Shown here piece after piece: positions 25,618 through 39,616 of a stretch of 64,000 nucleotides of DNA (positions are counted from its first letter, which is position 1; each line of letters starts with the position of its first letter). This DNA is from Azolla caroliniana (taxonomy: Eukaryota > Plantae > Polypodiophyta): contig JBHGNT010000015.1 in the NCBI GenBank assembly GCA_043228905.1, positions 12,338,001 to 12,402,000 on the forward strand. The letters run 5' to 3'. The translations under genes were made by a program, and so were the position numbers. The notes beneath the pieces were generated by a model. That model worked only from the letters and a program-made list of their open reading frames with translations. It was not told the origin of the DNA and made no database searches.

Positions 25618-28600
25618 GTTGAGCTTGACTCTCAACACGCCCCCTCAAGCTCAACTCGGGTAGGTTCCTTTCGGTCAATGTCCGCTTCGACTGGTTTCCA
25701 GTTGAGACGATCTCCGGTGTCCGCTTCGGCTCATACCCGGTTTGGACGGTATCCGGTTTTCTCTTGTACTCCCCCCTCAATCTTCGCAAGTCAGGGATCG
25801 TCCCGGGATCGTCGATGCAAGGTCTGACATGAATTTTCAAAACTTCTTGGATCCTCGGGCTTTGGTGAAGATGTCAGTTGTTTGAAGATTTGTGTTGATG
25901 TGTTGAAGTTCGACATCTCCGGCCTAAACACACTCTCGAATGAAGTGATAGTGCACTTCGATATGCTTTGTGCGTGTGTGGAACACTGGGTTCCAATCCA
26001 GATAAATACTGTGCATGTTGTCGTAGTAAAGGGGAGTCAAATCCTTGATGGGAACACCTAGATCCTTCAAAATCCTCTTGAGCCATATGGCTTCACATGC
26101 AACTACGGCTACGCCCCTATATTCGGCCTCCGTACTCAAAAGAGCGATGGTCGTCTGCTTTTTGCTACTCCACAAAATTGCTGCACAGCCAAGGGAGAAG
26201 ACAAAACCAGAGGTTGATCGTCGATCGGCTTTGTAGCTAGCCCAGTCGGCATCCGTGTACCCTTCGAGTCGAATTGGTGTCGCCAATTTGTAGAGAATGG
26301 CATAATCCATTGTGCCGCTCACATATCGTAATACTCACTTAGCGCAATGGAAATGGATATCTCGCGGAGTTTGCATCAATTGGCTAAGGAGTCTGACTGG
26401 AGGCTCCCGATCAGTTGACGATATTGAGTCGGCTCGCACTCATCTGTGCCGGAGTCATCATCCAGTTTGAGGTTTTGATCGAGAGGGGTTGCCACATATT
26501 TGCACTCAACCATCCCTAACTTGTATAACAAGTTGAGGATGTAGTGTCGTTGAGAGATCATAATGTCGGCCGGATTCCGAATTACTTTATACAAGTTGAG
26601 GATGTAGTGCCATTGAGAGATCATAATGTCGGTCGGATTCCGAATTACTTCGATTCCAAGGAAGTAATGGAGCTCCTTCATGTCCGTCATCTCGAATTTT
26701 TTGGAGAGGAGGGACTTGACCTTGTTGATGTCGACTAAATGCTCACCTCCAATAACCAAATCATCCACATATAGGATGATGACAATCGGGCTTCTAGTGT
26801 CGTTTCGCATGTAGAGGGAGTTGTCAGATTTCGACATTCGAAAGCCAATTTGATGAAAATTGCTTTATCTTCTAATGCCAAGCACGCGGTGCTTGCTTAA
26901 GGCTGTAGAGAGGCTTCTTGAGTTGGCATACGACTTTTGGATGAATGGTGGGTTCGAAGCCGGGTGGTTGTACCATGTACACCTCCTCTTCTAATTCGAC
27001 GTGAAGAATGGCGTTCTTTACGTCCATCAAATGGAGGTGTCACCCTTCGCTGCTGCGAGTGCAATTACGGTCCGCACAATCGTTATCATTGCCACCGGGG
27101 TGAATGTCTCTTCGTAGTCAACTCCATGTCTTTGTGCGTATCCTTTTGCTACGAGTCAAGCTTTGTAGCGGTTTACGGAGCCGTCGGCGTTATACTTCAC
27201 CTTTGTAGATCCATCTGTAACTGATCGCCTTCTTGTGCGGTGAGTGGGGGACAAGATCCCATGTCTTGTTTTAGGAGAGTGCTTGCATCTCCTCATTCAT
27301 CGCTTCAACCCATCTGGGGTCCTTCGCAGTTTCGGAAAATGTTTCTGGCTACCATACTGTTGCTACCTTCATCATAAAGGCGTAATGGTATGCCATATAC
27401 TTATCGTAACCGAATCGGGTTACTGGGTTCTTTTCTCGGGTGGATCAGCGTAGCTTCTCGTTCATAGAGACTAATGCTTTCTTCACTCCAATTGTCTGAA
27501 TGTCAAGCCCTTCAAACTCACTATCGAGGGAGTGAGTCCATTCATTGCGGTCGAAGTGATCGTCTTCATATTCTATCATTTTCGCCTTACCTTTGTCCAT
27601 CTTTGGACTAGGCCGAGATGTGCTTTGGTCACTCGGGGGCTGTTGTGGCCCATTAAGCCTTGTCGTAATTGGGCTTTCTTCGAACATGTGTTCGAGTCGA
27701 TCTTCGGCTTCTATCTCTATTTCAGCGGAATCAGAGTCGAAATTGTCTTAGGTGCATACTAGGATGCAGACTCGTCGAAAACGACATCTCGACTTGAGCT
27801 TTTCAAATCGACAGGTTATAACACTTGCACCCCTTTTGCTCATGTGAGTATTCCACGAGGATACACTTCTCCGACTTTGGGTCGAGCTTTTGTCGCTTCT
27901 CATTGGGGATGTGCACGTATGCAATGGAGCTGAACATTGGAACATGTGATAGGTCTGACTTCTTTCCGAAAAACTTCTCATGTGGGGTAACCTCATGCAC
28001 GCCAGATGTTGTACACCGATTCATTAGGTAGACAGTTGTGTTTGTGGCTTCTGCCCAGTACGACTTCGGCAGGTGCTTTTCTTTCATCATGGCCCGTGCT
28101 ACTTCGAGGATGTGCCGATTCTTTCATTCGGCTACTCCCTTCTGTTGTGGCGTATGTCAACATGACTACTATCGTCGAATTCCTTCTTTTCGTAGAAAAG
28201 CCAAAAATTCGTCAGAGAAGTACCCTTTCCTCCATCTAACCGAAGACATCGTACATGTCGGCCCATGGCTTTCTCAACTTCATTCTTAAATTTTTGGAAG
28301 TGTCCGAACACTTTGATCTTTTGCCTCATGGGGTAGTTCTAGGTGTGTGGAGAAGTCGTCGATGAAGGCCATGTAGTATCGACATCCACCGAATGTAGTC
28401 GTTTGAACCGGTCCCCATACATCGGAATGAATTACGTCGAGTACGTCTTTGTTCACGTTCCTCTACTTCGGAAACGGGTGCCGATGTTGCTTGCCAAATT
28501 GGTAGGCGGCACACACACCTTCAATCTCTTTCTCTTTGAATGTCGGGAGCCCAATGACGACTCCTTTTGATTGCATTGCCTTGACCTTTTGATGGTTGAT

Positions 28601-30951
28601 ATTGCCAATCCACTTGTGCCATAACTCTATGTCGGAATCGGCTTTTGTGCCCTTTGCGAACATGGCCGATTTCATCTTGTGCGAGTCGAGAATGAACATT
28701 CAGCCCTCTCTTCATCCGCGAGCGATGAGTTGGCCCTCTTTTTCGATGAAGCAACCGCCTTGATTAAATCGTACTTCCATCCCTTGCTCAACAATTTGGC
28801 CGACAGAGACCTAATTCTTCATAATGGTTGGTACATGCAAGAAATTTTTAATAAAAGTTTGGTTACCTTCTTTGCCAAATGGGACATTGCCGATGTGCCG
28901 AATCGGATGCGTACTGTCATCTCTGGTTTCGACATACCCGGGTCGATCTAGCTCTCGAACTTCTCGGAACCATTCTTGATGAGACGTCATATGGTTGGAG
29001 GCACCGGAGTCGAGGAACCATACGTCTTCCGGACTGGAGGCACTAGTTGAAGTAGACGCCGACATAGAATTTGCTCTATGTCTCATTACAAACATTCCGA
29101 CATGGTCATCATAGTTGGAGTTGGTGACGTAATTGGTGAGTGATCGGCTTCTTCTTTCGGCTCTCTTCTTCATGGTGGCCGATTTTTCCGCAATATCCGT
29201 ATTTGATCGAGTTTTATCGGCTCGGACCTCAATGGAAGCTCCCCCTTCTTCCGAAGGTTCCTCGATGGCTTCCGTCTTGATGCCGAAATTGCGAGTTGTT
29301 TCTGCCTCGTCCTTGGCCGAATCGGCCTATTCTTGCACAGCCTCATCCTCTTCGTCCATCCGAATGTGCATAAAACATGTGGTCTTCTGAGGCGTTGCTC
29401 CTTGTTCGAACATGGTTTTCTTTGACCAAAAACATGAATTGAAGATTTAAGAAGGAGGGCAGATTCTCCCGTGCTAGTACGGCGGTCCTCATCACGTCGA
29501 ACTGTGGTGCAAGGCCGCCGACGCATATTTGCACAATCTCATGATCGTCCACATTGACGCTTATCAAGCTAAACGAGTCGCAAAGCTCCTTGATCTTCAA
29601 GGTGTAGCTCATGATGGACATATCCCTTTGTTGGATGTTGTTCACTTCTTGGCGGAGTTGAAGATTTCTCGCGGTCGTGTTGGTGGCGAAAATCTTTCGT
29701 AGATTCTGTAACGCTTTCTTTGGCATCTCTACTTCTCGAATGTGGCCAAACATGTGGTCGTGAACACATGTCACCAAGCAACACATCACTCCTCTTGCCG
29801 CTTGCTCCCATGTTGAGTAGTCAATGTCCTTCGGGTCGGGTCAATTTTCTTGTGCTCCTCTAATGTAGCTCCAATAGCCTTGGCCAACAAGGTATTGGTG
29901 CATAATGTACTCCCAAGATGCAAAGTTGTTTCAGTCCGACTTCTCGCTAGGGAGAGCGCTCCCCATTTGAGTATTCATTGTCGATGAAGCTTTCTTTCTT
30001 CTTTTCCTTCTCTCTTGAACACAAGCTATGTAGTTGCACTATGATAGCGATGAACTGATTCTTCTCAAACATCGCCGTAGAATGCAACACACGCGGATGG
30101 ACTACATCGAGCTACCAAACCGCTCCGACACCATGTAAAGAATCAGGTATGATTCTTGTGTAGCGGAAGAGATGTGTGTGAGAGGAAACAAAGAAGAGAA
30201 GAGAAACACTAGATAGATTAGATAGAATGGGAACACAATGAAGTACTCAAGAAGAAGATGTATATTCACAAGTAAAGTAAGAGATACAAAAATGTAGCAT
30301 TACAAGGAGTGACAACCAACTTCGTATTAAGTAGGAGAAGGGTGCTTTATATAATGTCACCCTCTCTCTTCATTAACTCACTACAACTACTCTCTCTTGG
30401 GTAATGTGAAGACTCATAGCCATGGGGAATATCTAACTCATTAGTTATGTGCCATAGAATATGATTCTATGACACATAGTTAATGTGTAGAGAGTAGTGT
30501 TGTGACTCTTGACCTTTGAGTAATCATAGATTCTCAAAAGGTGTGTTCACATGTTGCACTATGTTGAGCTTGATTCTCACCAGAATGCGTAAGATGGGGT
30601 TTGTCATCTCCAAGGCCGACTCACCATTGTTCATCTGGAAAGGTCCAAAGGGTCTGATGTGCATTTTGCTATACATCGACGACTTGGTCGTCACCGAACC
30701 CGACCTTGCTAAAATTGGCCGAGTCAAGTCCCAGTTGTCGGATGCGTTTGAGGTGAAGGATTTGGGGGACCTTCACTACTTCCTTAGTATTGAAGTTCGA
30801 TGCCCTCTATGACATATAGTTGTCTCAGCGACACTATGTTCTGAATATGTTGTTCAAGTTCGGCATGACGGATTGCCCACCCGTTTCAACACCCCTTGAC
30901 CGGAATCTAAAGTTACGTCCCGACTCCGAAACGGCATGCAACAAGAAATGG

Positions 30952-32260
30952 TGTCGCAAAAATACGACGAGGATACGTGAACTTGAGGTAGGACCTCGGG
31001 GCCTCCGACTAGAGGATATCACATTCGTGCTTTTATATTTGTAACAATTAACGGAAATAAGAAATTTAATCATTTTCATTAACAAAGGAAAAGAAATTAC
31101 AATATGTCCCAAGATTGGGATTCAGAAGTTTTAGGTTTACTGAGATTAATAGAAAAGAAATTTTAGGGGTTTTGAGAGATATGGCTTCCGTAGGGAAAAT
31201 TAGGGTTTTTAAGTGTTATGGCTTCCGTAGGGAAATTTAGGGTTTTTGAGTGTTATGTCTTTGATAAGATAAGAGAGCTAAGAAGGAAAAGAAAAAATAA
31301 TGGAGAGAGACCGAGTGTAGGAAAAAGAATGGAATTTATATGGGTTTCTTTGTTGATCCCTCCTTTCATGTTCCTTTGCCTCCCCACTTTTAGTTGCATG
31401 GCATTTACCTTTAGTTGCAAGCCTTCCACATGACCTTTACTTTATGCATGGCCTCCACCTTTAGTTGTATTCCTTCCACATGACCTTTACTTTATTTTAC
31501 TTTACTTTAGTTCAGTCGCATGATCCTATAATCCGTAAAGTTTGGCCCATGCTTTGATCCGTCTGGTCCACGTCCGGCCTCATCCGTCCAGTCCGGTTCC
31601 GGTTCTCTCGCCGTCCGATTTTAGTTCGATCGTCAGTTGCCGGATTCGTCCGGTCACCGGCTCCGTCCGGTTTCCGGTTGCTAAATTCGTCTGGTCGACG
31701 GTTGCCGAATCTATCTGATTGTCGATTGTCGGATCCGTCCGGTTTCCGGTTGTCAGCTCTACTCGATCACCGACTCCGTCCAGTTTCCGGTTGTCAGCTC
31801 GACCCGGTCACAGGTTCCATCCAGTTGTCGGCTTCATCCAGTTTTTCAGTACTATCACTAACCGGTTTGAGTTCCATCACCGGCCGGTTCAAGAAACTTA
31901 GCCACATCCAGCGACTTAGCCACATCTATCCTTCTAGACAAAACTGGCCCAAGCCCAACTATTTCTTTTGTGCTCTTAACACATAGATGAAAAATGATGG
32001 TTCTCAATCTGCTTATATAGCTGGCTCCTAAAGTTTCATGTCTATGTGGGATATTTCAAAATTCTATTTTCCTTATCTTCTCAAACTTCATGTCCACCTA
32101 ACTTGATATGTAGTTGTCCATTTTATATGTGGTAAAATGCGTTTTGAAGCTCTTGAGTAAATCCATCTTTCTATAACAAGCCATTAATCTAATCTAAAAT
32201 AATTATTTCATTATTTTTTTACATAGTTTTCATATCGTGTGTGAAAAACCACACACGACA
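30952..32260 (-). mobile_element. Solo-LTR-like element of the TGTCG...CGACA family
   Basis: Arms homologous to 11021-12417. Flanks ATGG/ACAA sit at a host site that reads ACGG in element A, giving a deaminated 4-bp TSD. CCGG-rich centre 31560-31890. Confidence 0.88.
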
Positions 32261-32980
32261 ACAATGCCAACATATTGTCAGAAGCCTCATACCTAACTAT
32301 CACCTAGCTTGACATCAACTATCCAGTCAGAGTGATCAACCAATTCATGCAGCAAATGACCATTGAGCACCTTCAGTGCACACATAGACTACTATGATAC
32401 GTGAGCGGCACTAAGGATCGTGGACTGTTGTACCAACATTGTGTAGCCGAACAATTAGTCGGCTACAGTGATGTCGATTGGGCCGGTGATGCATCGGATC
32501 TTTGGTCAACATCCAAATTCATGTTTTCTCTCGGAAGCGCAGTTGTTGCATGGAGCAACAAGAAGCAACTGATAGTGGCTTTGTCAAGCACCGAGGCTGA
32601 GTACATAGGAGCTACCTTTGCAACCTATGAAGCCATTTGGCTTCGGTGGCTGCTGAAAGACCTATGGATCGAAGTACCGACATCGATCTCGATCTACTGT
32701 CACACCGTAAGTTGAATGCAACTGGCCAAGAACCTCGTGTTCCATGCTTGGACAAAGCACATCGAGGTGCATTATCACTTTGTGCGCGAGTGGGTCTTGA
32801 GCGGTGAAGTCGAACTCCAATATGTTCGAACCAATCAGCAAGTTGCCGACATCTTCACCAAGGAGCTCGGATAAGACAAGTTGCAACACATTTTGGAGAT
32901 GCTTGGGCTACAACATCTCGACGTGCCACACTCGAGGGGAAGAATAGGAATGGGGAGAAAATGTAAAGGCACCAGAGAAG

Positions 32981-33432
32981 TGAAAAGAATGGCGTGCGGA
33001 AGCAATATAGAAAAACCGAACAACAGAAAACGTAGGTTTAATGGAAAGCTTAGGTTTGCACAATACGCACGGGAGAGACAGAGAGAGAGTAAACACAAGA
33101 ACTTAATTCAAAAATAATACTCAATCTGTACATAGGATGTGCTCAATGAGCACTTTTATACAAGCCCTGACAATCGGGCTGGCACAAGTACTGACAGTAC
33201 TTGACTGCTCATAAATGAGCCTCCACTCTTACTCCCAAAACTATTCCTTACGAGGAATATCTTTCTAACGGCCTTTCAGTTTACACACTGATACGTCCTT
33301 CCTACGCACCGGTTTGCGTACCGGTTTACGCATCCGTTTTACGCACCGGTCCGGCCTAACCCATCGGTCCCAACCGATCCGGTCCTCGGCTTGCTCAGCC
33401 GATCCGGCCGATGTTGAGCTTGTCTCTCAACA
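32981..33432 (-). mobile_element. Solo LTR, copia family related to element H
   Basis: TG...CTCAACA with perfect TSD AGAAG; similar to 62221-62640. Confidence 0.92.
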
Positions 33433-35025
33433 AGAAGCAAACAAAGGGAAGGAGTAGACGAAAAAAAGTGAGCCGTGGTGGCAAAGTCAAGAAGGATAGA
33501 ACCGACAGGATGATGAAGGCCAAGACCTGAACATGGTCTGATGTGATGAAGGACTTGAAGATTGAAGACAAATTGGAGACATCCAAATCGGACAAGAGCA
33601 GAAACGAATTTGAGGCAGTCGATTCGGTTTAATATTTCGATTCGGAAGAGCCAAATCACTTGAAGGCCAAGCAGAAGAGAAGGTAGCCGAAGCCGACAGT
33701 AAACCGAGGGGTAGAGGGGCGCCAATACCGCGACAACGAGGGATCAGACAAGCCGGCCATAACGGTGGAGAAGCATGGAGTCAGATGGGTCGAGAAGTGT
33801 TGGACCGGAGGGCCGTGGAACGCAGGACTGGACCGGATGAGGAGTCCGAGCAAGGCGTGAAGATGTCAGGAGAAGCCGAGACAAGAAACCAGCAGAGCAG
33901 AAGGAACCTCAAGTTTAGCTTGAGGGGGAGTGTGGAGATGCATGCTCAACATGGGCTACATCAGTTGAACAAGCTGAGAGCCGGATCAGGTGAAGACTGA
34001 TCGGCTAGGCCCGGATCGGATCGATGAGTCAGATCCACGAGCTGGACCGGTGAGTCGGACCCACGAAAGTCGAGAGGCCATTAGAGGCCTATGGCCCTAG
34101 CCTAGTAGATAGACATATTTTTGGGAGTTAGGGTTAGTAGCTCAGTTATGAGCATTAAAGTACATGTCAGTCCTTTTAAGGACTTGTATAAAAAGTGCAC
34201 ACTGAGCATATTGTATGTACAGACTGAGTATTATTTTGAAATCGAGTTTATGTTGTTCTGCTTTGTTTGTCTCTCTTGTGTACTCTGTGTGTATTCCATA
34301 AGCTTTCCATTAAACCTTCGTATGTGTTCTATTGCTATCCGGTTGTAACCGGTTGTGTCTATAACCTTCCGCACGTAACTAGTCACACAACCAACTCTAA
34401 AGTTATCTTAATTATAAATTGTTTGACCATTGGCATGCCATGGTAGTATCGCAAGACTCAAAGTCTATAGGGGCTTTCAAGAATATATAGAAATTTGTTT
34501 CATAACAACTAAGAAGCATATTTTGGAATTATTTGTTAAGATGTCTTGACTCGAAACATGGGTAGAATTATTTGTATTGTTAGAATTAAGAATGCTCAAA
34601 TATGTGTGTACTTAAAGAAATTAGCTAAATTCCTTAGTCATAGACGATCAAGACACGAGAACTTGCTTTTGGTTGTTAAATGTTATCCCAAAATTAAGAT
34701 AAGCATCTAAATTTTCCTATTTGTGATACAATTTAGAAAACTTAAAATGTGTTAAAAATTGCACCTAATAAGTTCTTGATCGAGTCAACAATTGAGAATT
34801 TAGAAATACTTGACTCGGTTCTTGTCATCATTTCGAAGGAAAGGCGTCTTGATGTAGTTACCCATAGTTGAAAGGTTATGACAAGACACTCGCAAGTTAA
34901 AATTGGATGCATAAACTTCGATAATGAAGGGGCTGCTTGAGTCATTGCGGAACAAAATGGGTCATATTGGTCCCCCATGGATCATCATCATCATCATTCT
35001 CTCTCTATGTTTTTCTTTTTGTAAT

Positions 35026-35213
35026 TAGCTTACCGTGGTGGTAACTCGTTTACCAGTTACTAACACTACATCTTGGGTTTGAAACTCAACTTCCTCACCT
35101 CTCTATTACTCCATACATATCTCTTATTTCAATAAATGGCAATGTGGAATGTAGGGGTTGAACCCATGACCACCTAGTCTCCATTGGGCAACCTTACCAC
35201 TCGAGCTACATCC
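35026..35213. other. Two convergent degenerate tRNA-like sequences with Pol III A/B boxes
   Basis: Minus 35213-35146: GGATGTAGCTCGAGTGGTAAG...GGGTTCAACCCC. Plus 35026-35095: TAGCTT..GGTGGTAA...TTGGG-TTTGAAA-CTCAA. Neither forms a full cloverleaf. Confidence 0.5.
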
Positions 35214-36422
35214 ATCTAGGCTCTCTTTCCACAGATTAATCATCTATGACAATCCTAGTAAGTAATCAGTGGCATATTGATAAATGTCATTATCACCACG
35301 TTGACTATTAGGTTGTGAGGTTTCCCTCAAAGATGTCTTCTATTCATATCTTTGTTCATTGGAAAGAGCCGCCAAAAGGTTAGACTAGATTGGTGTATGT
35401 AGATCAATTGCTTCACTGCTCATTGAAATATAAGCTGGAGATGTTTTTGTTTATACTCTTATCAATGTCTTTCTCATTACAAATGTCTTTCCCGAAAACA
35501 GAACCTCTATATCGCGGAGTTATTGTCTCACACATGACAAGATTAAAGGTTGTCAATTGAGCTTCAATTGTAAGATTAACTACCCCAATAAATACATAAT
35601 TATTGTAAAAATGCTACATATTCATTATGTCAAAATAATAATGTAATTTTCCATGCTAATCACACTACGACTTATTATAATTAGCACTAATGAAAACGTT
35701 GATTATTCACATGAGCTTCCTTAATGAATGGCTGTTTTTTGGATGCATATTATTTTGTGACAATATTAAATGTGGTCTTAAGCATGTGAGGGATGTCCAG
35801 TTGTCTACTGAGAAAATTTTATAGGTGATACTTTTAAACATATGAAGGGTACGATGTCCAATCTTATAAATAATGGTAGGGTAATATGATGATATGTTTC
35901 TTAAAAGTTCCCTTTGACAAAATAAAGAAAAGAAGATTCCTAGCGATATATTTGGGTGGCTTGTAATCTAGTGCGTATTTTAATTGGTCGAGGAGAGTTT
36001 TTTCCCATGAGGCTAACAAACAATTTGGCGTTGTCATCAACTCGTAGGACATGTATTAGCTCGTATGTACATGGTACTCTAGCACAAAAAGTTAAGTCAT
36101 TAACTTTAGAGAGCCAAACTCGGAATCTAACTTCATCACATGGCATAGACATGAGCAACGAGTACCACATCATCATCCCACATGACCTTTCAACATCAAG
36201 TAGTTTACCTCTTACATCTGTGGTGTTTGGGATTTCATAAGTCATTGGGCTAAAGTTGGTTCCCCTTCGTGTCCCCTTAAGACCATGACACATATATTAA
36301 ATGTGGTGCGTGCTATCATTTTCTTTACATCTTCCCATTCATTTGGTTTACAAGTTAACATGCACATAAACTTTCTCTATATTTATTTGTCCACTCACAT
36401 AAGTGAGAATAGCTCCCATTCA

Positions 36423-36448
36423 TCTCTCTCTCTCTCTCTCTCTCTCTC
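36423..36448 (+). repeat. (CT)n microsatellite in the likely 5' leader of the DREB gene
   Basis: Pure TC run about 45 bp downstream of a TATA-like CTATATTTA at 36377. Confidence 0.8.
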
Positions 36449-36751
36449 ATTCACACTCATTCTATCTTAGAAAACAGGAGGTTATGTCATTCCTCGCATG
36501 GTTACTCTATATTATGTTTAAATAGGTGAGGGGTGAAAGCATTTCCATTCCCATCCCGTTGTAGTGATTGGTGTGGCCGTTCTACCGATTGCATCAACCC
36601 TTTGGTGTGGACTCACGATACATTGGAAGAAGAAGTGGCCACCGATATTCCTATAACTATCCATGACATTAGGTCAAGACAATTCTCAGGCGACAAATAC
36701 GGGAATAGTGAACACTTGTCTATATTAAGCTCATTACATGAAAATCTAAGT

Positions 36752-37744
36752 ATGGTCGGTCATGGTGAAGCATCATCACACGAAACCGTGGGCATGGTAG
36801 AGCAATCGCCATATAATTGTACCATTCAAACCTTGGGTATGGAAGGTGATGATATCAATGTACTTATCAATAATGATTATGAAGCCTCCACCACAATTAG
36901 TGGTTGCATTGCAAGCCTAATGGGAACATCAGCTCACACATTCATCCCACAAGGTGTAGGGGGGAGCGCAATGCCGAGAAGAAGAAGAAGCTACCACGGA
37001 GTGCGCAAGCGGAACTGGGGGAAGTGGGTGTCTGAGATCCGAGAGCCCGGGAAGAAAACCCGCATTTGGCTCGGGTCTTTCCCTGAGGCTGCCATGGCCG
37101 CCCGCGCATACGATGTGGCCGCCCAATGCCTCAAAGGGAAACTGGCCCAACTCAATTTCCCAGAACTCATCGACATCCTTCCTCGGCCCGCCTCGGCATC
37201 CCCGAAAGACATTCAAGCTGCGGCCGCAGCGGCCGCTGCCCATCCATTTACGGCGTCGACCAAGAACCTTCCGGACAAGAATGGGAATGTACGTTATCAT
37301 ATGGATGACCATGGTGCCATCACCTTAACCCACCCATCAGCAACCACATCATATGATGATCATGACATAATAACTAGTAATGAATGTGCCTACTCACCAT
37401 CATTATGCACATATCAGCATGGCACCATTTTGAATAGTGATGAAGACCAAAATGCCTCCATGATGAATCTATCTAGTTACATTCTCGACATTAATCGACC
37501 CAACCAAACTGGCATGATTGTCATTGATTCAAGTGAACCGAACTCTAAGTATGAGGATCATATTGGGGAAGATAATAACGTAATGCTCAACGGTAGCAAC
37601 ACACATCCTCGTACTCATTATAATGATAACTATATTAATGAGGATTATAATTTAATTAATCATGACACTAGCAATACTTATCTAGATGTCTATAGTGGGC
37701 TTGATCAGTCAAATACATTTCACGAGTATATCTTATGGGATTGA
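36752..37744 (+). CDS. AP2/ERF transcription factor, DREB A-4 (TINY-like), single exon
   Basis: AP2 domain 36992-37162 [43 protein letters not shown] with V14/E19, followed by [17 protein letters not shown]. First in-frame ATG is 36752; the frame is open from GTG 36533; the true start is uncertain. Confidence 0.93.
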   Translation: MVGHGEASSHETVGMVEQSPYNCTIQTLGMEGDDINVLINNDYEASTTISGCIASLMGTSAHTFIPQGVGGSAMPRRRRSYHGVRKRNWGKWVSEIREPGKKTRIWLGSFPEAAMAARAYDVAAQCLKGKLAQLNFPELIDILPRPASASPKDIQAAAAAAAAHPFTASTKNLPDKNGNVRYHMDDHGAITLTHPSATTSYDDHDIITSNECAYSPSLCTYQHGTILNSDEDQNASMMNLSSYILDINRPNQTGMIVIDSSEPNSKYEDHIGEDNNVMLNGSNTHPRTHYNDNYINEDYNLINHDTSNTYLDVYSGLDQSNTFHEYILWD

Positions 37745-38001
37745 TCGCTAGTGGTATTTCAATTGATCAAACTTGTTTGTTATTCTTCAAAAGTTATGTA
37801 CCATGTCACCTAAGATGTAAAGGGTCTTTTTTTTTTTCTTTGAGCTTCTTCAAAGAACAAATAGTCATCATCTCCACTATTTGAAGATGATGGACCCCAC
37901 AATCTCAATCTAACATTGGGAGTCTTCGATTGGAATTAGAAACGTCACAAGATTTCAATTTTGTGTATGTTCGAGTTTTTTTGAGGACAACATATATCGA
38001 G

Positions 38002-38059
38002 CATAACACTCTATTTGTGACTCGGATTATCATAACACTCTATTTGTGACTCAGATTAT
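38002..38059. repeat. 29-bp tandem duplication
   Basis: cataacactctatttgtgactc(g/a)gattat, two copies. Confidence 0.9.
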
Positions 38060-38459
38060 CATATTCAAGATGATACACACTTCAAAATGTTAAGGGAATA
38101 GTTTCTAGAAATAGTGTTGAGCTTGATGTGTGTTGATGGTATATAGTTGTTGTAAGAAAAAATGGGGTGTCAAGAACCACCATTACATCACTATCAAGTA
38201 AGCTAGAATGGGTTATATGGTAAGGTTTCATTTTTATAATCTCTTGCCTTTATCTTCATAAGAGGTGCAATAAAAAAAGTATTGTATAAGTCCTTATTCT
38301 ATATTGTGTATATATATAGGACTCTGACATGGACACTCTAGAGTCTAGATGATTATATGTTGTTGCCACGTAGAATTTCCCCAAAATATTTCTAGAAAAT
38401 CGAGTTAAAAACATTTGAAATCAAAACTTTAATCTCTCATCCATTAATTGGTTCGAAAC

Positions 38460-38940
38460 ATTTTTGTACAATCAACCACTTTTCTTAAGGAAAAGCCATT
38501 TGGTTATGTAATGGAAAAGAAATAAAGTGGATGGGTTGAAGTCTAAAAACAATGGAAAGAGAGTTGCCTGACAAGCTGATTTTTAGAAACATTATAGTAC
38601 CATTGTTCACCTTGTCAATCTTTGTGTTACAATGGGGAAATTTACTTTAAAGTTAAAGAATCACATTATTTTCTTGTAGACTTCAAGAAAGCTTTTTCTA
38701 AAGGGTGTTTCGAAGAGCATAGAGTACAATTTTATATATACAAAGTTTAAATGTTGTGTATGGTTAAGGATGGGTACCTATGCATTGATGAATTGAAACA
38801 ACTTTAACAACAACGAGAAGACATTTAAATAGGTAATTACAAATGGAAATGTAGTTTTCATGTTTGTCTTACGTAGATGTTATTATGATTTTCAAATAAT
38901 ATACTTTAGAAGATGCGTAAAAACAAAGATGAATCGAAAA
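38460..38940 (+). mobile_element. Highly decayed LINE reverse-transcriptase remnant
   Basis: Manual translation gives QADF*KHYSTIVHLVNL (QAGFR..STIDH-like), FLVDFKKAF and LSYVDVI (YADD-like) in the expected order. Confidence 0.7.
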
Positions 38941-39559
38941 ATCAAAAGAAAATGAGAAGACAAGATTTTATATTAGCAAGAAGCAAGCAGTACAAGACAA
39001 TGTTGAAGATTGGCCATGAACTAGAGAGGCTCAACAATGTCTAGAGCTTCCACTTATATTGCATGGTTCAAGTCATGCATGATTGGCACCTAGCTTCCAT
39101 GCATGATTGCCAATTGGATTTCATGCAACCATACTACCTAGTCATCGTGCCTTGGTTTGTGTGAGTGTTGAGCGAGCAAGCTCAACTGGATCCGGATCGG
39201 CTGAATAAGCCAGAGTCGGATCGGTATTCGGAACATGAGAACCAGATCGATATCCAGATGATATCCGAAACCATGAGACGGATCGGAGAGCGAGCCGGAT
39301 CAGTATCTTGAACAGTGTCCGGATGATATCCCGAACCAGGAGACGGATCGGAGAGCCGGATTCGACTGCGAACCAGAAGCCTAGTAGTAGCCTAGACTAC
39401 TAGGTAATCATTGTCTCGTAGTTGGTGTCAATCGCTCATATGAGCATTGAAGTACATAGTACTTCTGTCAGTCCTTTTGAGAACTCGTATAAATAGTGTT
39501 GTTTAGCACGTTGTACATATAGAGAATTTTCAGAGTGTTATTTTGAATTGAGTTTATGT

Positions 39560-39616
<57 letters not shown>

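Larger units (their letters stand above)
23423..30582 (-). mobile_element. Copia element F nested in the RT of E (5' LTR 30134-30582; 3' LTR 23423-23829 plus 25618-25637)
   Basis: Matching LTRs. PBS-like TGGTGTCGGAGCG (rc) 30121-30133; gag ATG near 29978; WFLDSGASNHMT, LYVDDL and HTRTKHIEVHYHF; PPT (rc) 25638-25650. No clean TSD because host RT codons are deleted at the junction. Confidence 0.93.
20684..34389 (+). mobile_element. Copia element E (lineage of A), 5'-deleted, hosting nested insertions; 3' LTR 33931-34389
   Basis: 5' LTR remnant 20684-20765 matches 34005-34086 and is fused directly to late gag. PR, IN and RT to 23422; RT resumes at 30583; RNase H 32400-32940; PPT 33919-33930. 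Confidence 0.9.

Noticed and set aside
34441-34465. GTAGTATCGCAAGACTCAAAG, faintly like an SSU rRNA conserved segment
   Set aside because: Too short, with no flanking rRNA similarity.
36533-36751. GTG start for a 403-aa DREB protein
   Set aside because: GTG starts are rare in plants and there is no supporting evidence; the first ATG (36752) is used and the open frame is noted as a finding.
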